Under the pieces are notes generated by a model. That model saw nothing but the letters and a program-made list of their open reading frames with translations, did no database searches and was not told where the DNA came from. A stretch of 64,000 bases of DNA from Planctomycetota bacterium (lineage in GTDB: Bacteria; Planctomycetota; B15-G4; JADJEK01): positions 32,001 through 96,000 of the forward strand of contig JBGAIQ010000016.1 of the NCBI GenBank assembly GCA_044225365.1, written 5' to 3'. The translations under genes were made by a program, and so were the position numbers. Shown piece by piece: positions 47,892 through 57,730 of the stretch; within the stretch, counting starts at the first letter, position 1, and each line of letters starts with the position of its first letter.

Positions 47892-49570
47892 GGAAAGGGG
47901 CTTGCGTGACGCAGGATGTTCGTCCCGGGTCGCTGTCGAAGCCGCGTTTTGCTGCGCTCTTGCTCGCGATCGTCGCACTCGGTGGCGTCCTGCGATTCGT
48001 CGGTGTCGAGCACGGGATCGATCTGCGCGACCCTCGCCTCGCGATCTGGAACGATCACAACGACGAGGAGACGCAAGCGCTCGCGGTACGCGATCATCAT
48101 CGCAAGGGCGACTTCGATCCGAGCGCGTTCTGGCTGTGGGGTGCGGGCGGTTTCTACACGTACGGCGGGCTCGACCGACTGGTGCTTCCCGGGCTCGCGT
48201 GGGCCCTCGACGCCGACGTCTCGGCCGACGGGCTCGCCAAGAACCTGAGCCCACTGCTCCTCTCGCATCGGATCGGAGCGATCCTCGCCTCCCTACTCGC
48301 GATCGCACTCCTCGCAATGTTCCTGCGTCGTGACTTCGGCGATCGCGTCGCGCTGCTCTCGGCGTTCTTCCTCGCGACGGCATACCTCGCCACGCGCGAA
48401 GCGCACTACGGAACGCTCGATCAGTGGCTCCTCCTCGGCACGGTCGTCACGCTCGGCGGAGCATTGCGTCTCCTGGCATCGCCCACGCTCGGGCGCGCGA
48501 TCGTGGCCGGGGCCTTCGCCGGCGTCTTCGCGTCGTTCAAGTACTCGGGAGGGGCGTTCGTCCCTCTCCTCTTCCTCGGGATCGTTCTCGGATGCGGCGC
48601 ACCGGGACGAGGTCTGCGCAGAGCCATCGTGCTCGGGCTCGCATCCGGCATGGCGGCCGGCGTCGGCTACCTCGCGATGTCTCCGCCGCTCCTGCGTTCC
48701 CTCGCTCCGGTCCTCGATGGCATCCACTCGCAAATGGGGATGATCGGCTTCCGCCTCGATCATCTCGGTGAGATGGCCTGGTATCACCTGAAGGAGTCGC
48801 TCTTCGTCGGCGCCGGCGAGTCCCTGATCGTTGCCGCGGTGTGTGGGTTCGTGCTCGTCTTTTCGCGAGTCCATCGAAACCGCGCCGAGGGCAACTCGGC
48901 GTCACCGCCGCTGCTGATCTTGTGCTTCCTGGTCGCGTCGTTCCTGTTCCCGTTGTCCAACACCTGCCATTCGGTCCGCCAGGCACTCCCGATCTTCCCG
49001 TCGATCGCGATCCTCGCAGCGATCGCGGTCGAGCGCGTTTCGAGTGCGGCGGGATCGCGCTTTCCGATCGCAGTGCTCGCCGTGCTCGTCGCTTCGCCCT
49101 CCATCGCGCGAGCGATCACGCTCGATCGCCTGCTCACGCAGAAGGACACTCGGGTGGACGCGCTGGAGTTCCTCGCGAACTCGGGCATCCCGCCCCAGCA
49201 GGTCGTCGGCGTCGGCTTCTATGGGTTGCCGCGCTCGAGCTGCATCGCGGTGCGTCCCCCGTTCATGGATTGGGTCGATGCCGTGCATCGGCGGCGAGTT
49301 CTCACGCGCGATTCCGCGGCGACGTTGAAACCGCGCCTGCTGATCCGCGATCTATCGTCGGGGCTGGTCGACGAATTCGCGTGGGTCGACTTCGCCTCGA
49401 TCGCGGAGACGGAATACGACGTCGTCCTGCGCGGCGAGGGCCGGCGCGACGCGGCGACGCCGGAGCTTCCGGACCTGATCCACGGGACGCCGTTCCACTT
49501 CATCCCCTACGCCAACCCTTGGACGATGACGCGCCCCGGTCCGAGTTACGTGATCTACGAGCGGCGCTAG
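47888..49570 (+). CDS. Polytopic membrane glycosyltransferase (GT-C, GT39/ArnT-like)
   Basis: First TM followed by HNDEE acidic loop, EAHYGTLD, FKYSG and many TM segments; GTGA overlap with the GT9 gene. Confidence 0.72.
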   Translation: MRKGACVTQDVRPGSLSKPRFAALLLAIVALGGVLRFVGVEHGIDLRDPRLAIWNDHNDEETQALAVRDHHRKGDFDPSAFWLWGAGGFYTYGGLDRLVLPGLAWALDADVSADGLAKNLSPLLLSHRIGAILASLLAIALLAMFLRRDFGDRVALLSAFFLATAYLATREAHYGTLDQWLLLGTVVTLGGALRLLASPTLGRAIVAGAFAGVFASFKYSGGAFVPLLFLGIVLGCGAPGRGLRRAIVLGLASGMAAGVGYLAMSPPLLRSLAPVLDGIHSQMGMIGFRLDHLGEMAWYHLKESLFVGAGESLIVAAVCGFVLVFSRVHRNRAEGNSASPPLLILCFLVASFLFPLSNTCHSVRQALPIFPSIAILAAIAVERVSSAAGSRFPIAVLAVLVASPSIARAITLDRLLTQKDTRVDALEFLANSGIPPQQVVGVGFYGLPRSSCIAVRPPFMDWVDAVHRRRVLTRDSAATLKPRLLIRDLSSGLVDEFAWVDFASIAETEYDVVLRGEGRRDAATPELPDLIHGTPFHFIPYANPWTMTRPGPSYVIYERR

Positions 49571-49611
49571 CCCAGGCCACTCTTGCGTGGGATCGCGCGC
49601 GTGATTTGCCG

Positions 49612-50098
49612 CTGAGGACCGCAGAGGACGGGGAACAGCGGAAATTCGAAACGGGACCGTCCGCCGCCCGCGACGCGATCTCCTTGACCCCCGCAGTCGT
49701 CAAGTCCGCCAAGCCGACCCCCTTTCATACTTCCTGACCTCTGTGGGCCTCCTCTGACCTCCGTGGTCCTCCGTGGAAGACTCCGGATCCTTCCCCGCAA
49801 GTACACGCGTGAATGCAGATGCACACGGCGCGGACGTCCATGTGGACGAAGTCGTTCGTTTCACACGGAGGACCACGGAGGTCCGAGGAGGACCATGGAG
49901 GTCGGAGAAGATCGGATCTTTCAAAGGGGGCCGTCCGCCCCGCGCGACGCGATCGACGCTCCCTTGCATGTGCGTTCGTAGGACCCGCCGAGTTGGCCCC
50001 TCTTCAAGGTTTCTGACCTCTGTGGGCCTCCTCTGACCTCCGTGGTCCTCCGTGGAAAACTCCGGATCCTTCCCCGCAAGTACACGCGTGAATGCAGA
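49612..50098. repeat. Intergenic composite repeat: 86-bp direct duplication with an inverted ~42-bp core (MITE/REP-like)
   Basis: 49734-49819 equals 50013-50098 with one mismatch. Core CTGACCTCTGTGGGCCTCCTCTGACCTCCGTGGTCCTCCGTG recurs inverted at about 49864-49905. Confidence 0.85.
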
Positions 50099-50140
50099 AG
50101 CGAGCGTCGCGGCTGTCCTCGAGGACGCGGTCGAACGCGA

Positions 50141-50704
50141 TCACGCCCGCGCGAGGAATCGCTCGAGCAGCATCAGTCCGCACATCGATTGGCCATCCGC
50201 GAGCTCCTGCGTCACGAGCAGCTCGCGCGCGGCGGCGAGTGGCATTCGGTGCAATGTGAGAGACTCCTCGGGTTCGAGGCTCTGCTCGACCGCGGTGAGG
50301 TCGCGCGCGAGGTAGAAGTGGCAGCGCTCGGTCGAAACGCCCTTGTAGGGTGCGAACGATCCGAGTGCGTCGAAGCGCGCTGCCGCGAGTCCGGCCTCTT
50401 CCTGCAGCTCATGCTTCGCGACGTCGAGCGGATCATCGCCGCGCTTCATCCCGCCGATCGGAAACTCGTAGAGATCGACGTCGAGGAGATATCGCCGCTG
50501 CCGGATGAGTAGAGTCGTTCCGTCCGGGAACAGGGGGATGATCCCGACGGACCCCGGCATGTCGACGTAGTAGTACAGCCCCTCGCTTCCATCGCGACGA
50601 ACGTAGCGATCGAGGCAGTAGCGATGCCATCGATTCGCGACGAGGACCGTGCGGGAGATCCGCGAGAACGGCGTCGGGGATGGGGAGCCATGTTGGATCG
50701 TCAT
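50141..50704 (-). CDS. NUDIX hydrolase (ADP-ribose pyrophosphatase-like)
   Basis: Nudix box variant EFPIGGMKRGDDPLDVAKHELQEEAG; LIRQRRY. Confidence 0.88.
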   Translation of the reverse strand: MTIQHGSPSPTPFSRISRTVLVANRWHRYCLDRYVRRDGSEGLYYYVDMPGSVGIIPLFPDGTTLLIRQRRYLLDVDLYEFPIGGMKRGDDPLDVAKHELQEEAGLAAARFDALGSFAPYKGVSTERCHFYLARDLTAVEQSLEPEESLTLHRMPLAAARELLVTQELADGQSMCGLMLLERFLARA

Positions 50705-50820
50705 GACGCGTAGAGTGGCGATCGGAGCGCCGCGGTGCAATGACACGGCCTCGGAAACGCATCCGCTTCCGAGGCCGTGGAGTCATCGGGCGAAGGGTTC
50801 GCCCCTCACGATGCGGGGAA

Positions 50821-51843
50821 TCAGTTCCCGCCATCCTTCTTTTCGCCGTCCTTCTTGTCGTCATCGTCGTCATCGTCGTCGTCGCCCGCGCCGGCACCGT
50901 TGGCGGCGATCATCTTGATCTGGGCGACGATCTGATCGGCTTGCTGACCGATCTCGGACTTCGGATCGAGGAGCTTCGCGGCTTCGACGGCCTTCACGGC
51001 GTCATCGAACTTCTTGCCCTGCATCAGGATGCCGACCTTCATCATTGCGGCGTTCTGAGCGAGCTTGACGTTCTTCTCCTTGTGCTTCGTGACGAACTCG
51101 TCGACGACCTTCATGCAACCGTCGAAGTCCTTCTTCTCGAACAGCGGACCGATGGCGTTCTGCAGCTCGCTCATCGCCTGCGTCTCGGCGAACGTGTTGC
51201 AGATCTCGTCGTACTTCGTCTTGAGACCGGCTTCGCCCTTCTCGTCGAGCGCGATGATCTCCTTCACTTCCTTCTCGTAGAAGGGCATCAGGAGCTCCGC
51301 GTCGAGGAGGCCGAGCGCTTCGTCCAGGGCCTTCGCCTTGTCCGCGCCCTTCTTCTCACCCGCCTTCACGACCGCATCGGCGAACTTCGCCTTGTTGTCG
51401 CGCAGTCCGGCGACGTGCGTCATGTACTTCTCCGGGCCGCCTTCCTGGTAGCCCGTCTTCGCGTACGGCTTGCCGCCCGCGTCGGTGAGGAAGATCGTCG
51501 GGAAGCCCTGGACGCCGAAGCGCGTCATGAGGCCCTCGTTCTGCTTCTTGATCTCCGGCGTCACGAGCTTCGCATCGCGCGGGAAATCGAGCTTCACGAG
51601 GACGAACTGCTCCTGGATCTTCTTCTCGAAGTCACCCTGGGTGAAGACTTCGGCGTCGAGCTTCTTGCACCACACGCACCAGTCGGAGCCCGTGAAGTCG
51701 ATGAGAAGATCCTTCTTCTCGGACGTGGCCTTGGCCTGCGCCTTGGCGAAGTCCTGGATCCAGGCGGACTCGGTCGTATCGCCGGCAAACGCCGAGGAAC
51801 CGAGGAACAGCGCAGCCGCAAGGGCGCGGGTCGCGAGGGACAT
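50821..51843 (-). CDS. Exported thioredoxin-family protein with helical C-terminal region
   Basis: Signal peptide; DFTGSDWCVWCKKL, GVQGFPT; poly-Asp tail. Confidence 0.88.
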   Translation of the reverse strand: MSLATRALAAALFLGSSAFAGDTTESAWIQDFAKAQAKATSEKKDLLIDFTGSDWCVWCKKLDAEVFTQGDFEKKIQEQFVLVKLDFPRDAKLVTPEIKKQNEGLMTRFGVQGFPTIFLTDAGGKPYAKTGYQEGGPEKYMTHVAGLRDNKAKFADAVVKAGEKKGADKAKALDEALGLLDAELLMPFYEKEVKEIIALDEKGEAGLKTKYDEICNTFAETQAMSELQNAIGPLFEKKDFDGCMKVVDEFVTKHKEKNVKLAQNAAMMKVGILMQGKKFDDAVKAVEAAKLLDPKSEIGQQADQIVAQIKMIAANGAGAGDDDDDDDDDKKDGEKKDGGN

Positions 51844-52018
51844 GAAGCACTCCAGATTTCGAGGAAACGGGACAAAGAGACCATGATACGCGTCGGATGG
51901 ATCGGCAGCGGCCGGCTTTTTGGTGAAGCACGAAAAACACGGGGTCGGCGACGTTGTTCGTCGCCGGCCGTGTCGTGCCGGAGGGCTCTGCGAAAGGCCC
52001 GCGCGGCGGGTCAGGGGC

Positions 52019-53698
52019 TCACTGGAAGGTGAGCGTCATGCGATCCGTGAACGTCGCACCGAGCGGCTTGCCCGGGTCGGTGAAGACGCCCTGCGTGACC
52101 ACGGAGCCCGGCGTGACCGTGCCCGGCAAGGTGGTCGGCAATGTGAGGGCGCCGTTCGCGTCGAGCGGCAGCGGGCCCACGGTGGCGAGCGGCGACACGA
52201 GCAGCGTGCACTGGCTGTTCGGAACGGGCACGCTGATCGAGCTGATCCCGAGGTACAGGAACGCGCTCTGGTTCGCGACGCCGTTGGCGAGCGTGAGGGT
52301 GACCGCGCCGTTCGCCGTGAGGCAACCCGTCACGTTCGCGGATGGGAACTTCAGGTTCGACCCGAGGCACGCCGACCCGGAGTGGGTCACGCTGCCGCAG
52401 CTGGCGAAGGGATCGTAGTCCGGGATCGTCGTCGCGTTGGTGTTCAGCGGATCGAGGAACGCCTTCACCAGCGTCCAGTGATTCGCGAGCTTCGGGTACT
52501 GATCGTTGAAGGGGAAGCCGCAGGCCGACTGTCCGCCGAGCAGCGCGCCGATGTACTTGTGCGACGGCGTGTAGAGCGGCGAGCCCGAGGAGCCCGGCTC
52601 GGTGACGCCGATGTCCCACTGGTTCACGTTCCAGTAGATGCCCGTCGTGCCGAGAGCATTGTTCTCGAACGAGATCTTCTTCGGCAGCCCCTGGGGATGA
52701 TGGATGCCGATGGCGCCCGGTGCGGTCGTCGAGCGATCGTAGCCCGGGAAGTAGATGTTGAAGGTCGACGGGATCGCGGGGTTGATGCGAACCAGGCGAC
52801 AGTCGTGCGGTTGATCGGCGACGAGCTGCGTGGAGCCCTGGACCGTGAAATTGGTCGGCGCCGAACCCGAGTTGCAACCCGGCTTCTCGTACTTGAACTG
52901 GAAGACGGCGCTGTTGAGCGCTCCGCAGTGGTAGGCCGTGATGAAGAGCTGGTCGCCGTTGCTGCTCGAGTTGTTGATCATCGAGCCGCTGCACAGCGCG
53001 CCACCGATGATGAGGCGGGCGACCGCGCGACGCGTGGCTTCCCAGCCGAGGCCTTCGGGGCACACCACGTCGCACTCGCACTGGCCCGTCGTCTTCAGCG
53101 GGATCCCCGCGGCTTCGAGGGTGACGATGTCGCGATAGGCGTGGACCACGGTGCCGACGCGGAGGTCGCCCGCGAACGCCGCATTGCGCGGCTCGATGTA
53201 CTCGAGCGTGATCGCTTCACCGGGAACCGGCTGGATCGCGAAGGCGCCGCTCGGGTTCTCGTTGAGCGCGTTGTAGGAGCCGAACGTGACAGCGTAGCCG
53301 TCGTTGTAGACGTAGAGTTCGGCACCGTCGGGGATGTGGTAGGCCGAGAAGATGAGATTGATCGAGTATGCACCCGTCGACAGGATGCGAGCGCGCCAGA
53401 TTCGCGTGCCGTCCGCGAGCTTGTCCCACACGCCAGCGTTGTCGAGTCCGATGTCGACCGGCAGTTCTGCGCCAAAGCGGAACGGCTGATCCTTCGTGCG
53501 ACGAAGATCCTCGTTCATGTACTTGTCGACGTCGACCGTCGGCATCGTGACCGTCGGTACGGCCGAAGGAAGGTGGATCGACTTGGAGGCGGGGCTGCCG
53601 CCGTAGGACAACTGTGCATTCGCGGTCGAGGAGAGGAACAGGGCGAGACTCGACCCGACGGCGATAACGAGGGACGATGAAAGCAGCTTGGATCTCAC
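52019..53698 (-). CDS. Secreted lysyl-endopeptidase-like (trypsin-fold) serine protease with shared C-terminal domain
   Basis: GTG start after AGGA; prodomain PFRFG; CSGSMINN, TAYHC (His), DCRLV (Asp), IHHPQG, TEPGSSGSPL (Ser). Confidence 0.88.
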   Translation of the reverse strand: MRSKLLSSSLVIAVGSSLALFLSSTANAQLSYGGSPASKSIHLPSAVPTVTMPTVDVDKYMNEDLRRTKDQPFRFGAELPVDIGLDNAGVWDKLADGTRIWRARILSTGAYSINLIFSAYHIPDGAELYVYNDGYAVTFGSYNALNENPSGAFAIQPVPGEAITLEYIEPRNAAFAGDLRVGTVVHAYRDIVTLEAAGIPLKTTGQCECDVVCPEGLGWEATRRAVARLIIGGALCSGSMINNSSSNGDQLFITAYHCGALNSAVFQFKYEKPGCNSGSAPTNFTVQGSTQLVADQPHDCRLVRINPAIPSTFNIYFPGYDRSTTAPGAIGIHHPQGLPKKISFENNALGTTGIYWNVNQWDIGVTEPGSSGSPLYTPSHKYIGALLGGQSACGFPFNDQYPKLANHWTLVKAFLDPLNTNATTIPDYDPFASCGSVTHSGSACLGSNLKFPSANVTGCLTANGAVTLTLANGVANQSAFLYLGISSISVPVPNSQCTLLVSPLATVGPLPLDANGALTLPTTLPGTVTPGSVVTQGVFTDPGKPLGATFTDRMTLTFQ

Positions 53699-54090
53699 GG
53701 ATGCGTTCCTAGCAGCAAGGGGACGGGGGGCGAACCGGGAAACGAACGGAGCGAAGGCGACTGGCGATCCGTGTGGGTGCTGGGGTGGAGCGCAGCCGAA
53801 CTGCTCGCCCGGGTTCTCGCGAAGTCTACCGCGGATCAGGGGTTCGGGCACCCTCATTCTCCCAAGGCGGGCCAGAACGAGGTGGGGTCGCAAAGCGATG
53901 AGCGGACCTTCGCCGGCGACGCATGCGCGCGCACCGACTCTCCAAGCGCGAGGCGGGCAGCGATTTGCGAAGGCCTTCGGATTCAACCCCGGTGGGTCCT
54001 CGGCGCGCCGCGGGTGGGAACCCCGGTCTTTTTTGGCCCGGCCGCGGCGAGAACCCGAGCCTTTCACGATAGGATGCTGAGCTTGTCCCG

Positions 54091-56100
54091 ATGTCCTTGA
54101 GTGCAGCGATGACGACACTGATCGAGACCTCCGCCGATGGCAAACGAGTCGTTCGACTCGACCCAGCCCGCCGCGTCCTGTTCCTATTCAAGGACGTCGC
54201 GAAGATCAGAGCGCAGCTCGCGGGGGCGACCACCTACAAGATGTCGGAGATCGATCCGAAGGATCTCCTCGACGACATCAACACCGACGTCATGACCCCG
54301 GCCTGGGTGTGCTTCCGGCATCGCCCGGAGGACATTGCGCTCGACGCCTACGCCGGCCTGCTCGATCCGTCCGGCCAGCGCGTCTTCGGCACGCGCGCCC
54401 TGATGGACGGCAAGTTCCAGGCGATCGTCTCGGGTCAGCGCAAGGGCACGGGCAGCAGTCGCGAGACCGCGCCGCAGTGCGAGAAGTGGAGCGGCATCGA
54501 ACTCGTGATCGCCCACTCGTTCGCGCCGATTCACGCGCTGAACAACGTCAATCTCGGCCAGCTCATGGGAACGTACGAGCAACTCGTGCGACTCGAGCGC
54601 GGCGATTCGATCCCTCTCTCCGAGTTCACGGGTCGCTTCGACCCCGTGACCCGAGCGGTCCTCGAGTGCGGAGGACTGTTCCGTTTCAGCGCGGCCTACC
54701 AGTCCGGCGCGGTGAAGGTGGCGGCGCCGACCACGGGCAAGCGACCGATGAACATCGCGGAGAAACAACTCTTCGCACACCTCGTGAATCGCGGCTCGGC
54801 GCAAGCGGTTCGCCCGGGCGACACCTGCCTCGTGCGGGTCGACGGCGGCTACAGCCACGAGTTCACGACGGCGCAGGTGCACCACTTCCTGCAGCTCGAG
54901 TACGGCAAGGACTACAGAGTCCAGGATCCGAGCAAGTTCGCCGTGTTCGAGGACCACCTGATCTACGCCGATGGCGTGAAGCGCATGCAACCGTTCGCGC
55001 CGCAGATCCAGACCCTGCGCGATATGCAGCGCGCGTTCCAGAAGCACACGGGCGTGCGCGACTACTCCGCGAAGGACGGCGTCTCGCCCGGCATCTGTCA
55101 TCAGATCGCGCGGGAGGAATTCATCGATCCCGGCGACTTCATCCAGGCAACGGATTCGCACACCTGCATGGGCGGAGCATCGAATGCCTTGACGTGGGGC
55201 GTCGGCGCGACGGAGTACGCCGCGCTCATCTACTCGGGCTTCACGTTCGTGCGCGTGCCCGAGTCGATCCGCTTCGAACTCGTCGGCAGCCTGCAGTCGG
55301 GGGTCACTGCGAAGGACGTCATCCTCTACATCCTGAAGCACTTCGCCACGAAAGAGCTCACGCTCGATCGCGTGATGGAGTTCGGTGGGCCCGGGCTCAC
55401 GTCGCTCGACGTCGACGAGCGCGCGACGCTCACGAACATGGCGACGGAGTGCACCGCGAAGACGGGCATCTGCGAGGGCGATGGCCGACTCGCGGAGTGG
55501 CTCGCGGAGCGAAGGCCCGGCAAGACCGCGGCGGAGATCGCGAAGACGTTCACGTCGCCCGATCCCGGCGCCGAGTATGCGGGCGGGGTCCACGCGATCG
55601 ACCTCGGGACGATCGAGCCGATGGTGGCGACGCCCGGCGATCCGACCTACGGCGAGTCGATCCGGTCGCTCGACGCGGTGAAGATCGACATCGCGTACGC
55701 GGGTTCGTGCACCGCCGGCAAGGAGCGGGATCTCGACTTCTACGCCGAGGTGTTGAAGGATGCCGCCGAGTCCGGTCGCCGAGTCGCACCCGGCGTTCGC
55801 ATGCTGATCCAATTCGGCAGCGAAGCGGTTCGGGAGTACGCGCGCGAGCGGGGTTACCTCGACGTGTTCTCGAAGACCGGCGTCGAGATCATCCCGCCAG
55901 GGTGCGGGGCATGCATCGGCTGCGGGCCCGGCGTCTCCGAGAGCAAGGACCAAGTCACGGTCTCCGCGATCAATCGCAACTTCTCGGGTCGCAGCGGACC
56001 GGGACGTCTCTATCTTGCGTCGCCCCTCACGGTCGCTGCGAGCGCCATCGAGGGTAGGATCGCGAGCTACACTCCTGGCATGTTCGCCGCCCGGAAGTGA
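54091..56100 (+). CDS. Aconitase-family hydro-lyase, single-chain fusion with LeuD-like swivel domain N-terminal to LeuC-like domain
   Basis: DDINTDVMTP and GTGSSRE (small subunit), then GICHQ, DSHTC, GSCTAG, GCGACIGCGPG, NRNFSGRSG, YLASP. Start at 54091 or 54109. Confidence 0.88.
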   Translation: MSLSAAMTTLIETSADGKRVVRLDPARRVLFLFKDVAKIRAQLAGATTYKMSEIDPKDLLDDINTDVMTPAWVCFRHRPEDIALDAYAGLLDPSGQRVFGTRALMDGKFQAIVSGQRKGTGSSRETAPQCEKWSGIELVIAHSFAPIHALNNVNLGQLMGTYEQLVRLERGDSIPLSEFTGRFDPVTRAVLECGGLFRFSAAYQSGAVKVAAPTTGKRPMNIAEKQLFAHLVNRGSAQAVRPGDTCLVRVDGGYSHEFTTAQVHHFLQLEYGKDYRVQDPSKFAVFEDHLIYADGVKRMQPFAPQIQTLRDMQRAFQKHTGVRDYSAKDGVSPGICHQIAREEFIDPGDFIQATDSHTCMGGASNALTWGVGATEYAALIYSGFTFVRVPESIRFELVGSLQSGVTAKDVILYILKHFATKELTLDRVMEFGGPGLTSLDVDERATLTNMATECTAKTGICEGDGRLAEWLAERRPGKTAAEIAKTFTSPDPGAEYAGGVHAIDLGTIEPMVATPGDPTYGESIRSLDAVKIDIAYAGSCTAGKERDLDFYAEVLKDAAESGRRVAPGVRMLIQFGSEAVREYARERGYLDVFSKTGVEIIPPGCGACIGCGPGVSESKDQVTVSAINRNFSGRSGPGRLYLASPLTVAASAIEGRIASYTPGMFAARK

Positions 56101-56136
56101 TCCCGACGAGCAAGACAGCGAGAGAACGACGAGGCC

Positions 56137-56541
56137 ATGTCCGAATCGCCCAACTCCACCCGCGTGACCGCCGGCATCTCCATCACGGCTGCGGCGCACT
56201 ACCTCGCGCACGAGTCGTTGCCCGAGGAGAAGCAGTACGTCTTCGCCTACAAGATCGTGATCGAGAACCATGGCGACACCGCAGCGAAGCTGCTCGAGCG
56301 GCACTGGATCATCCTCGACGCCGACAACTCGCGCGACGACGTGGAGGGCCCCGGTGTCGTGGGCGAGACGCCGCGACTCGCTCCCGGTGAGAAGTTCGAG
56401 TACATGAGTGGCTGTCAGCTCCCGACTCCATGGGGCACCATGGAGGGGACCTACCTATTCCAGCGCGACGACGGCAGTCAGTTCCGCGCCCACATCGGGC
56501 GCTTCTTCCTCGTCGCTCCGCAACTGCTGAAGAAGTCTTGA
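56137..56541 (+). CDS. apaG: ApaG protein
   Basis: YVFAYKIVIEN, LLERHWII, VEGPGVVGETP, GTMEGTY. Confidence 0.93.
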   Translation: MSESPNSTRVTAGISITAAAHYLAHESLPEEKQYVFAYKIVIENHGDTAAKLLERHWIILDADNSRDDVEGPGVVGETPRLAPGEKFEYMSGCQLPTPWGTMEGTYLFQRDDGSQFRAHIGRFFLVAPQLLKKS

Positions 56542-56545
56542 ATCC

Positions 56546-57640
56546 ATGGGTTTGAAATGTGGCATCGTCGGCCTGCCGAACGTCGGCAAGTCGACCCTCT
56601 TCAACGCACTCACGGAGTCCGCCGCCGCCGCGGCCGCGAACTACCCGTTCTGCACCATCGAACCGAATCTCGGTCAGGTGCCCGTTCCCGACGAGCGCCT
56701 CGCGGTGCTGGCGAAGCTGGCGGGCAGCAAGGAGATCATCCCGACGCAACTCGCGTTCGTCGACATCGCGGGTCTCGTGCGCGGTGCGAGCAAGGGTGAA
56801 GGTCTCGGCAACAAGTTCCTCGCACACATCCGCGAAGTCGATGCCGTGTTGCACGTGCTGCGATGCTTCGAGGATCCCGACGTCGTGCACGTCGAGGGCA
56901 AGATCGATCCTGTCTCGGACGCGCAGACGGTCGAGACCGAACTGATGCTCGCCGATCTCGAGAGCCTGCAGAAACGGCGCGAGAACATGGGCAAGAAGGT
57001 GCGCGGAGGCGACAAGGAAGCGATCGCGCAGATCGCGATCATCGAGCGCGTGATCGAACGGCTCGAGAAGGGCTTGCCCGCGCGCGGAGTCGAACTCGCC
57101 GACGACGAGAAGAAGCTCTTCAAGGAACTGCAGCTCCTGACGAGCAAGCCCGTCCTGTTCGCATGCAACGTCGACGAGAAGTCGGCGGCGCACGGGAACA
57201 AGTTCTCCGCGGCGGTCGAGGCGATGGCGAAAGCGCGCGGCGCCGCGGCGGTCGTCATCTCCGCCGCGATCGAGGCCGAGGTCGCGCAGCTCAAGAACGA
57301 CGAACGGGCGATGTTCCTGTCGGACCTCGGTCTTGCCGAGACCGGCCTGTCCCGGGTCGTGAAGTCGACCTATCAGCTCCTCGACCTCATCACGTTCTTC
57401 ACGGTGGGCCCGAAGGAGACGCACGCCTGGACGATCGTGCGCGGAACGCGCGCTCCGCAAGCGGCAGGCGTCATCCACACCGATTTCGAGAAGGGCTTCA
57501 TCCGCAGCGAGACGATCGCGTACTCGGACTACGTCGAGTTCGGTGGCGAAGTCGGGACTCGCGAGAAGGGCCGTATGCGGATGGAAGGCAAGGAATACGT
57601 GATGGCGGACGGCGACGTCGTCCACTTCCACTTCGCCTGA
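56546..57640 (+). CDS. ychF: Obg-like ATPase YchF
   Basis: GIVGLPNVGKSTLFNALT, ANYPFCTIEPN, DIAGLVRGASKGEGLGNKFL, IHTDFEKGFI. Confidence 0.97.
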   Translation: MGLKCGIVGLPNVGKSTLFNALTESAAAAAANYPFCTIEPNLGQVPVPDERLAVLAKLAGSKEIIPTQLAFVDIAGLVRGASKGEGLGNKFLAHIREVDAVLHVLRCFEDPDVVHVEGKIDPVSDAQTVETELMLADLESLQKRRENMGKKVRGGDKEAIAQIAIIERVIERLEKGLPARGVELADDEKKLFKELQLLTSKPVLFACNVDEKSAAHGNKFSAAVEAMAKARGAAAVVISAAIEAEVAQLKNDERAMFLSDLGLAETGLSRVVKSTYQLLDLITFFTVGPKETHAWTIVRGTRAPQAAGVIHTDFEKGFIRSETIAYSDYVEFGGEVGTREKGRMRMEGKEYVMADGDVVHFHFA

Positions 57641-57730
57641 TCGCCCCCAAGAAGCGAGAACGCCGGACGACTCGCAGTTTGCGAATCGTCCGGCGCGCGA
57701 GACGAGGCTCGATCGCGAATCCCGACTCGA

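Noticed and set aside
49734-50098. Possible CRISPR array, or short ORFs in this region
   Set aside because: Two 86-bp units with an inverted core is not repeat-spacer structure, and the ORFs are translations of the repeat.
53699-54090. Possible ncRNA or riboswitch between the protease and aconitase genes
   Set aside because: No recognisable consensus; consistent with ordinary divergent promoters (TAGACT on -, TAGGAT on +).
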